Of a DNA stretch of 64,000 bases, positions 1 to 9,369 are shown one piece after another. The notes under the pieces were generated by a model. It was not told where the DNA came from and ran no database searches. It worked only from the letters and a program-made list of their open reading frames with translations. The DNA is from Macrostomum lignano (Eukaryota): the NCBI GenBank assembly GCA_002269645.1, contig NIVC01003530.1:28741-92740 (forward strand), in the 5' to 3' direction. Every line of letters starts with the position of its first letter. Position 1 is the first letter of the stretch. The translations under genes and the position numbers were made by a program.

Positions 1-545
1 GATAAGGGCGGATAAATACGGGTGAGGGCGGATGAGGGGCGGATAGAAGGCAGGTGCTGAAGCCCTTCTTTCCAATTCCCAGATGTCTAAACTCCTCAGT
101 TAAGCACAAAATTCTCTCACAGCTCCGCCAGATCCCAAAACCACTGCCGATGCCCCAGCCCGAGTCTGCCGACCCATCGAAGAGCCGCAAAGTGAAATCA
201 GGTCAAGCGAGAGGGCAGGTGCCTCACAATGTCATGAAGAACAATTTTCCCCAGAATCTTCAGACCCGCCTGCAAAGCGAAGACTTTCTGCTCGGATATT
301 GTGGAATATCTGGCCAAGGATCACGATCAACTGGGACCCGCAGTTCCAAGATGAAGGGGAGGCTGGGAGCGGATGCAGCTTATAATAACCTGGAAGCTGT
401 CCGCGGGAGTCACTTCAGAGACGCCAGGAATTTCAATTGCAGAGTTTGCGCAGAATCCCTCCGTGATCTGCGGTGTTTTCCCAAGTGGGAGACTCCGGCT
501 CAGTGAGGGGTTTCTGGGAAATTGTTCCTGATTTCAGGGAGGATT
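1..545 (+). repeat. Dispersed duplicated block, copy 1 (runs off the window start)
   Basis: Co-linear, same-strand match to about 19900-20490 (e.g. atgccccagcccgagtctgccgacccatcgaagagccgcaaagtg); roughly 90-95% identical by eye. Confidence 0.9.
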
Positions 546-1564
546 TCTGGGAAATTGTTCCCGAGTTTAGTGAGGATTTCTGGGAAATTTTTCCCGATTT
601 CAGTGAGGGGTTTCTGGGAAATTGTTCTTGATTTCAGTGCTGCAAGCATTTCTATGTAAATTTCTCATTTAAATAACCGCCGCTGTCATATTTCTCTGGA
701 AAATTTTCGTGATTTTGTTCCGGAATCTTTTTGACATTGCTTATCCGAGCTCACTGCTTCTGTTTGTGTAATTTAAAGCAAATTTGATTGGTCACAATGG
801 CCTCAATAAGATGTTTATTTATCCATTCTTACATTTGTCTTCCATCATTTTACTACAGGTTGCTTTGTTTCTTGGGGTATTGAAATGCGCACCGTGAAGT
901 GACGTCAGTCAAATCCGGCTTTCAGGCGCTGAACCGTTCTGAGCAGCAATGGTTTTCTCAAGTAGAGTAATTGAAGCATGGGCTTTACTTTGCAGTAACT
1001 TGATGTTCAATTCTCAGTCATCCTTTTCAAGCATGCCGGCAATTTCAAATGTTGGTCAGTGGCCACAGTTGGATACCCTGGCGTTGTAAATTCATGAATC
1101 ATGAATCTTTGAACTGGTTCATAATGATGAACAAGACATTTACACCGTAATTGCGCTGGCACAGAAACTCAAGCGGCTCTCCCATGAATTTTCACATCCT
1201 GCTGTGTCAGCAGGAACTTTTCCTTCCCATTTCGCTCCGCCCAATTCCTTTCCATTTCATTGTTCCCGCTTCACCTACAGGGGAGCTCATCCTATAGCGA
1301 TTCAACACGGAAGTGAACCAGCTCTGAACTCCAGCACTCGAACGCTGAGGGATTATCAATCCAGTTATAAATACGGCAAAAGCTATGCTTGGAATAAACG
1401 TCACGAACAAGACCTCCCTGATAGTGAGTCATCAGTGAGACTGGATCCTTATTGATAATGAATATTATTTTCTATTGAAAAGGCCATAAAAGCCAAAGTT
1501 AATTGCCTGATCTTATCAGCGATATCCAAAAAAGGTCAAAAAAGGTTGAGCCAAGCCGCTCAAC

Positions 1565-1597
1565 ATGGCCCACTGCACTCATAAGGCGCCTCTGATA
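1565..1597 (+). CDS. GLUL: GS exon 1 ([11 protein letters not shown])
   Basis: caacATG start, GTAAGG donor at 1598, phase 0 joins RYLALPQ of exon 2; short, so less certain. Confidence 0.6.
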
Positions 1598-4500
1598 GTA
1601 AGGCAGGTTCGCTTAACCTCAGCTCTTATTTATTGATTTCCACGGTCCAGTTGCATTGCCGCCAGCGCTGCAAGTTAAGCAGAGCCGGCCGTGGTTAGTA
1701 CGCAGATAAACAGGCTTGCGTCAGGCAGCTGAGCTCCAGTTCAGGCTCGCATTTCTATTCCATAATCCCATTTGGTTGCTATGCTGGTTACTGTGCTGCC
1801 ACCTCACCGACAGAGGTACCTGGCCCTGCCGCAGCCCGAGGACAAGGTGCAGTGCATGTACATCTGGATTGACGGCTCCGGGGAGAACCTGCGGGCCAAG
1901 ACTCGAACTGTTGAAACCGTGCCGAAAGATCCCAAAGGTGAGAAGTTGAGACTGAGTTGATGAGGCACTCAGGGCTAAAGTACAAAGCTCTTAATGCTTA
2001 GCGCGCTTTTTCAGGTGGCATCGGGCGCTCGGGACTCAGTGAGTTCTCTGATTTCTGTGCCACTGATGAGGCTGGGAGACTGGGGATTGGGAAAGCTGTG
2101 AGTTCTCTGATTTCTGTGGCATTGATGAGGCTGGGAGACTGGGGATTGGGAAAGCTGTGAGTTCTCTGATTTCTGTGTCATTGATGAGGCTGGGAGACTG
2201 GGGATTGGGAAAGCTGTGAGTTCTCTGATTTCTGTGTCATTGATGAGGCTGGGAGACTGGGGATTGGGAAAGCTGTGAGTTCTCTGATTTCTGTGGCATT
2301 GATGAGGCTGGGAGACTGGGGATGGGGGCAGTGAGTAGAGTGGGGATGGGCAGTGAGTAGATTGAGGATGGGGCAGTGAGTAGAGTGGGGATGGGGCAGT
2401 GAGTAGAGTGGGGATGGGCAGTGAGTAGAGTGGGGATGGGGCAGTGCAGAAAGCCAGCCACTCCTGCCAGCCCACAGAAACTGGGTGCCCCCACAAGCCA
2501 AGCTGCAGGCTGAGCTGGCCTGAGCAGCGGCTCACAAAGGCTGCATCGATCTGTGGCAGCTCACCTGGCAGAGGCTGTGAGAATTCAGAGAGCCCTGCCA
2601 CCGGGCTCCTCTGAATGAATTGTGCAGGACCCGTCTCCCCCCACCGCCCTGCCGTCAGGCAGCTCAGCTTGCAGCTCAATGCACTTCAAAGACAGGCGAA
2701 CTCAGAGACTGAGATGCTGTTCCATTCTTACCTTTTGAATTTCTCAGCTGCCTTTGCATTCCACCCAGTGGATTGTGTTTCACACCCAAGTTTTCCCTTT
2801 CAGCCTCTCAGCTTGTATTTGCACTTTTGTTGCTAGGATACCAGTGAGACTCAACAGGTGATGCGTGGAAAATGATTCAAAACATGATACTACTTATAAG
2901 GAATCTAAGAAAAGTAGTATACTGGGTAATTCAAGTAGGCCAGCCGACTTGCCTGCCATAAATCATAAGAACAATTAGTAATATGAGAATATTATACATT
3001 TAGTATATGTGGACTAGCTCACAGCCCCCCTTAGGGGTTCATAAAGTAATATATAATATTTTCTGCACCTTGTTACAGGCTGAAAATGATGCTAAATATG
3101 TGTAGACATACATCAACTTCCCAAATTATCCCATGAGTGCACTCGCACCTAAATTCACTCCCCGAGCTCCCGCAGACCTGCCCATCTGGAACTTCGATGG
3201 CTCCAGCACGGGCCAGGCGGAGGGCCAGAACTCTGACGTCATGCTGCACCCCGTGGCACTGTTCAGCGACCCATTCCGCGGCGGCTCCAACAAGCTGGTG
3301 CTGTGCGAGACCTGCGGCCACGACGGCGAGCCGCTGCCCAGCAACAAGCGGCGCACCTGCCAGCAGGTGATGGAGCAGGCCAAGGAGTTCAAGCCCTGGT
3401 TCGGCATCGAGCAGGAGTACACCATGCTGGACACCGACGGGCACCCGTTCGGCTGGCCCAAGAACGGCTTTCCCGGGCCACAGGGTCCCTACTACACCGG
3501 GGTCGGGGCCCGCAATGTCTACGGCAGGGACGTGGTGGAGTCTCACTACCGGGCCTGCATGTACGCTGGGGTGAAGATTGCCGGCACCAATGCTGAGGTC
3601 ATGCCGGCTCAGTGGGAGTTTCAGGTGAGCTGCTGTGACATTCTGCTTGATTGTCTGACATTTTTCTTGATTGTCTGACATTCTGCTTGATTGTCTGACA
3701 CCCTGCTTGATTGTCTGACATTCTGCTTGATTGTCTAACATTCTGCTTGATTGTCTGACTTTCTACTTGATTGTCTAACATTCTGCTTGATTGTCTGACA
3801 ACCTGCTTGATTGTCTGACATTCTGCTTGATTGTCTAACATTCTACTTGATTGTCTGACACCCTGCTTGATTGTCTGACATTCTGCTTGATTGTCTAACA
3901 TTCTGCTTGATTGTCTGACACCCCGCTTGATTGTCTGACTTTCTACTTGATTGTCTAACATTCTGCTTGATTGTCTGACAACCTGCTTGATTGTCTGACA
4001 TTCTGCTTGATTGTCTAACATTCTACTTGATTGTCTGACAACCTGCTTGATTGTCTGACATTCTGCTTGATTGTCTGACAACCTGCTTGATTGTCTGACA
4101 CCCTCCTGGTCCCTGAAACACATTGGCGATTTCCAGTTAGAGTGAACTGCAAGAGAAATGAAAATCCCTTCTGCCCTACTCAAACAGTGGCGGGCAGTAG
4201 TAGTTCATACCGCACACTCACACAGACAGCCGACCCAAACCCCGTCGCCAGGTCGGTCCCTGCGAAGGCATCGACATGGGCGACCACCTATGGCTCGGCC
4301 GCTTCCTGCTGCACCGGGTCGCCGAGGACTTCGGCGTCGCCGTCTCCTTCGACCCGAAGCCGATGCCGGGCGACTGGAACGGCGCCGGGGCGCACACGAA
4401 CTTCAGCACGCTGCAGATGCGCCAGCCAGAGGGCATGAAGGCCATCATCGAGGGCATCGAGAGGCTCGGCAAGCGGCACGCCGCCCACATCCGCGCCTAC

Positions 4501-5417
4501 GACCCGCACGGAGGCGCCGACAACAAGAGGCGGCTCACGGGGCTGCACGAGACCTCCAGCATCGACGACTTCAGCTACGGTGTGGGATCGGGATCTGGGA
4601 TCGGGATCTGGGATCGGGATCTGGGATCGGGATCTGGGATCGGGATCTGGGATCGGGATCTGGGATCGGGATCTGGGATCGGGATCTGGGATCGGGATCT
4701 GGGATCGGGATCTGGGATCGGGATCTGGGATCGGGATCTGGGATCGGGATCTGGGATCGGGATCTGGGATCGGGATCTGGGATCGGGATCTGGGATCGGG
4801 ATCTGGGATCGGGATCTGGGATCGGGATCTGGGATCGGGATCTGGGATCGGGATCTGGGATCGGGATCTGGGATCGGGATCTGGGATCGGGATCTGGGAT
4901 CGGGATCTGGGATCGGGATCTGGGATCGGGATCTGGGATCGGGATCTGGGATCGGGATCTGGGATCGGGATCTGGGATCGGGATCTGGGATCGGGATCTG
5001 GGATCGGGATCTGGGATCGGGATCTGGGATCGGGATCTGGGATCGGGATCTGGGATCGGGATCTGGGATCGGGATCTGGGATCGGGATCTGGGATCGGGA
5101 TCTGGGATCGGGATCTGGGATCGGGATCTGGGATCGGGATCTGGGATCGGGATCTGGGATCGGGATCTGGGATCGGGATCTGGGATCGGGATCTGGGATC
5201 GGGATCTGGGATCGGGATCTGGGATCGGGATCTGGGATCTGAAATCCTCAAAACCCCCGCAGGCGTGGCGCACCGCGGCTGCTCCATCCGCATCCCGCGG
5301 CAGTGCAGCGATGACGGCTGCGGCTACCTGGAGGACCGGCGGCCGGCCTCCAACTGCGACCCCTACTGCGTCACCGAGATGCTGGTGCGCACCGTCTGCC
5401 TGAACGAGTCCGGCTGA
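1565..5417 (+). CDS. GLUL: Glutamine synthetase (type II, eukaryotic), 5 exons, ~362 aa
   Basis: Exons 1565-1597, 1814-1937, 3176-3624, 4252-4579, 5263-5417; GT-AG introns with matching phases (0,1,0,1). Motifs: [107 protein letters not shown]. Confidence 0.95.
1814..1937 (+). CDS. GLUL: GS exon 2
   Basis: ctcaccgacAG acceptor, [21 protein letters not shown]...PK, GTGAGA donor. Confidence 0.9.
2039..2445. repeat. 59-bp tandem array (~5 copies) followed by a ~21-bp array, GS intron 2
   Basis: Unit gtgagttctctgatttctgtggcattgatgaggctgggagactggggattgggaaagct. Confidence 0.9.
3176..3624 (+). CDS. GLUL: GS exon 3
   Basis: cccgcAG acceptor; (D)LPIWNFDG...QWEFQ; GTGAGC donor. Confidence 0.95.
3640..4100. 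repeat. 20-bp minisatellite, GS intron 3
   Basis: Unit ttgattgtctgacattctgc. Confidence 0.95.
4252..4579 (+). CDS. GLUL: GS exon 4
   Basis: cgccAG acceptor; [14 protein letters not shown]...FSY; GT donor followed by the GGGATC array. Confidence 0.95.
4584..5240. repeat. 13-bp minisatellite filling GS intron 4
   Basis: Unit gggatcgggatct. Confidence 0.95.
5263..5417 (+). CDS. GLUL: GS exon 5 (terminal)
   Basis: cccgcAG acceptor; (G)[12 protein letters not shown]...CLNESG-stop. Confidence 0.95.
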
Positions 5418-5617
5418 CACGCCAGGGACAACAGAGCTGTCTTGCGGACAAAAGTGAACAGAAAAAATTCTCGTCTTATAAAACTGAGCACAATTCACTC
5501 AATGTAGATCCGAGCTTGCAGAACTTTGCACTTTCCCTGTCAATCTACGCCCGTATGAGCAATCAATCGATCAGGTTCGGTTGATTCAACTGAAATCAGT
5601 TGATATCAAGATACTTT

Positions 5618-5623
5618 AATAAA
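5618..5623 (+). terminator. Candidate polyadenylation signal AATAAA for GS
   Basis: AATAAA about 200 nt after the GS stop codon, just before the (AACT)n array. Confidence 0.4.
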
Positions 5624-5651
5624 TACACGGCACTTGATAGAACTATCTAGC

Positions 5652-6354
<703 letters not shown>

Positions 6355-6960
6355 GATGGAGTCGCAGCGGCCTGTGCCCGGTGCCGTGGCTGCTCCGCAG
6401 AGCAGTCAACGCCCGGCGGTGCGTCTGCAGCTCGAAATTCCGGCCGAATAGGCTGAAATTTTATCGTTCGCACGCGAAGATGCACACCAGAGCTTCGCGC
6501 TCGGAGGCGGAGCGCTTGCGTTCTGCCGCGCTCAGCGTTCTTGAAGCGAAGGCCACGGGGCGGCAGTTGCCGAGCTCCTCTTCTTGGGCGAGGACTGCGC
6601 CGGCTGCTGTGGCTGAGCTGTCACAAGAACTTCAGGCATGGGGGCGACACGATCAGCGACTTCAGAGCCTCAAATGCTTGCGAACGCGAAGGCGCGTCCT
6701 TCCGCAGAAGCTGCAGCAGAGGTTCCGCCACCGTCGACAGGATGTCCAGAAAGTGGCCACAGAACTGCACCATGCCGACAAACGAGGCGACCTCCTTCTG
6801 GCACTTTGGACTCTTGATGCTCGTGATGGCGTCCACGTTGAATGTGGTCGGTCGGAGCCCTCACTGCTGAGAATAGCCGAGGAACTCCACGCGGTCTCTG
6901 GCCCTCTGGCAATTCTCTGTTTAGTCAAATCGCTGCTCCAAGATTTGCACGGAAACCCCA
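6355..6960 (-). mobile_element. Degenerate Ty3/gypsy LTR-retrotransposon pol fragment (RT thumb + RNase H)
   Basis: Minus-strand translation across frameshifts: AITSIKSPKCQKEVASFVGMVQFC...AEPLLQLLRKD...AFEALKSLIVSPPCL, then CDSSATAAGAVLAQ...RPVAFASRTLSAAERKRSASEREAL...*...FGRNFELQTHRRAL. Internal stop and deletions. Confidence 0.9.
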
Positions 6961-7524
6961 AACCAGCTACTGACAGTAGAAACGAAAGCAAAAGCCTGTC
7001 AATCGTGCAAACTCAGTCAGAAATTGCACAAAATGTCATCAGAAACTCGGTGACAAAAACATCACGCGCTGCCCCGGTGCCCAGAGCTGGGGTGGCTGCT
7101 CGCACAGACAGGCAGGCGGGCGGCCTTCAATCTCTCTCTGCAGTCTCTCACAGTGCCTGCGAACTTCTGTTTTGCATCACGCCACCTGAGTGCATCGCCC
7201 CACCTCTGTGCTCGAGCCCTCCGAGTCTCCGAGCCCAGACCGCAGCCCCAGAACAATGGGGCTCTCCGGCCCCCTCACCGTCCCCGCCCTGCGGCTATCA
7301 AAGCCAGCGGCGGCTCTGAGGTGAGCGGCAGCTCGAGTCTCAACTGTTGCCATGGTGACCGGGCAGATGGGGCAGGTGAGGCTTTACTAATTGCTGCTGC
7401 AGGTGCGGCTGGGCTGGAGAGGGCTCTGCTTTTTTATGACTGTTTTGTTATTCTCAGCTGCTGCGACCTGCCTGCTCAGAAAGTGCAAAGTAAAGAGTTG
7501 GACTGCTTTGTGGCATCAGCCTGC

Positions 7525-8045
7525 CTGTGCTGTCTCCCTCTGCTGTCTCCCTCTGCTGTCTCCCTCTGCTGTCTCCCTCTGCTGTCTCCCTCTGCTGTCT
7601 CCCTCTGCTGTCTCCCTCCGCTGTCTCCCTCTGCTGTCTCCCTCTGCTGTCTCCCTCTGCTGTCTCCCTCTGCTGTCTCCCTCTGCTGTCTCCCTCTGCT
7701 GTCTCCCTCTGCTGTCTCCCTCTGCTGTCTCCCTCTGCTGTCTCCCTCTGCTGTCTCCCTCTGCTGTCTACCTCTGCTGTCTCCCTCTGCTGTCTCCCTC
7801 TGCTGTCTCCCTCTGCTATCTCCCTCTGCTGTCTCCCTCTGCTGTCTCCCTCTGCTGTCTCCCTCTGCTGTCTCCCTCTGCTGTCTCCCTCTGCTGTCTC
7901 CCTCTGCTGTCTCCCTCTGCTGTCTCCCTCTGCTGTCTCCCTCTGATATCTCCCTCTGCTGTCTCCCTCTGCTGTCTCCCTCTGCTGTCTCCCTCTGCTG
8001 TCTCCCTCTGCTATCTCCCTCTGCTGTCTCCCTCTGCTGTCTCCT
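7525..8045. repeat. 13-bp minisatellite
   Basis: Unit ctgctgtctccct. Confidence 0.95.
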
Positions 8046-8539
8046 TCTACTTTCCGCTCGTGTCTGTGCCTGCAGTTGCCATGGACAGAAGGGGATAAAA
8101 GAATAAATATATGAGGCGAGATAAAACCAAATGGAAAGTTTCAAACAGAAAAATATATTTCAAATCGGTGCCAAACAGGTTGAATATAAAAATTTTTCCT
8201 CATCTTCATCATTTGAAAAATGAAATCGGGGAATTCGGCAGACCGGGGCAGCGGGAAAATCCCAGGCTCTGGAGAAGCCGCCGAGATTTTTCTGAGCAGT
8301 GCTCAAGACATTCTGGGATAAGTTGGGTGCTTACAGAAATTGGATACGCATGAAACTTAAAAGCACAGTCGGGTGCACCCGAAGTACTGAAGATTACATA
8401 AGAGTTTAATGGGGTTTGCGATCTGCATCTGAATATTAAATAAATTTGTGCTAAATACCAGCACAGCATGGGAGCTCAGCTCAGTGAGTGGCGCACTTTG
8501 GATACACGGCAACATAAGTGCTTATCTTAGAGTTCTGTC

Positions 8540-8912
8540 ATGCCAGTCTGTCACTGACTCATGTCAATCTGTCACTGACTCATGCCAATCTGTCACTGAC
8601 TCATGCCAATCTGTCACTGACTCATGCCAATCTGTCACTGACTCATGCCAATCTGTCACTGACTCATGCCAATCTGTCACTGACTCATGCCAATCTGTCA
8701 CTGACTCATGCCAATCTGTCACTGACTCATGCCAATCTGTCACTGACTCATGTCAATCTGTCACTGACTCATGCCAATCTGTCACTGACTCATGCCAATC
8801 TGTCACTGACTCATGCCAATCTGTCACTGACTCATGCCAATCTGTCACTGACTCATGCCAATCTGTCACTGACTCATGCCAATCTGTCACTGACTCATGC
8901 CAGTCTGTCACT
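8540..8912. repeat. 21-bp minisatellite overlapping the ANK-kinase stop codon
   Basis: Unit gccaatctgtcactgactcat. Confidence 0.95.
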
Positions 8913-9369
8913 GCAGAAATTTGTGCTCCAGCAGCTCCGCGGTGGCCGCTCGCCTCCTCGGCTCCCTCTGGACGCACCGTCCGTAGAAGTCCCTCAGCAG
9001 GGCGGAGGTCCCGGCCGGCAGCTGCGGCATGTCGTGGTTTCGAATCCTCAGCGGGATCTGCTGCCACATGAGCTGCCAGTTCGGAGGCTGCATCTCTAGC
9101 ATCTCGAACACGGAGCAGCCGAAAGCCCACACGTCAGTCTTGGGTGAGTACACGATTCTTCCGTCCTCACTGAACAGCTCAGGAGCCATGAAGTAGGGGG
9201 TGCCGCAATCCCTCTTGGTGCTGCGCATCGTGGCGAAGACCTCCTTGGCGAGACCGAAGTCGATCAGCTTGATGAGGCCTTCGTTGGTGAGCATCAAGTT
9301 GGAGCACTTGATGTCACGGTGCAGGGTGACAGGACTGCGGCTGTGCAGGAAGTTGAGCGCTGCGCAGAT
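8908..9369 (-). CDS. ANK-kinase exon 3: kinase subdomains VI-XI
   Basis: ctcacAG acceptor; [10 protein letters not shown]...HRDIKCSN...DFG...APE...EHKFLQ-stop. Confidence 0.92.
   Translation of the reverse strand: MCAALNFLHSRSPVTLHRDIKCSNLMLTNEGLIKLIDFGLAKEVFATMRSTKRDCGTPYFMAPELFSEDGRIVYSPKTDVWAFGCSVFEMLEMQPPNWQLMWQQIPLRIRNHDMPQLPAGTSALLRDFYGRCVQREPRRRAATAELLEHKFLQ

Noticed and set aside
4158-5498. Long repetitive ORFs ([11 protein letters not shown] / [12 protein letters not shown]) through GS intron 4
   Set aside because: They are a by-product of the 13-bp array. The intron is 683 nt (not a multiple of 3) and canonical GT-AG splicing restores normal GS.
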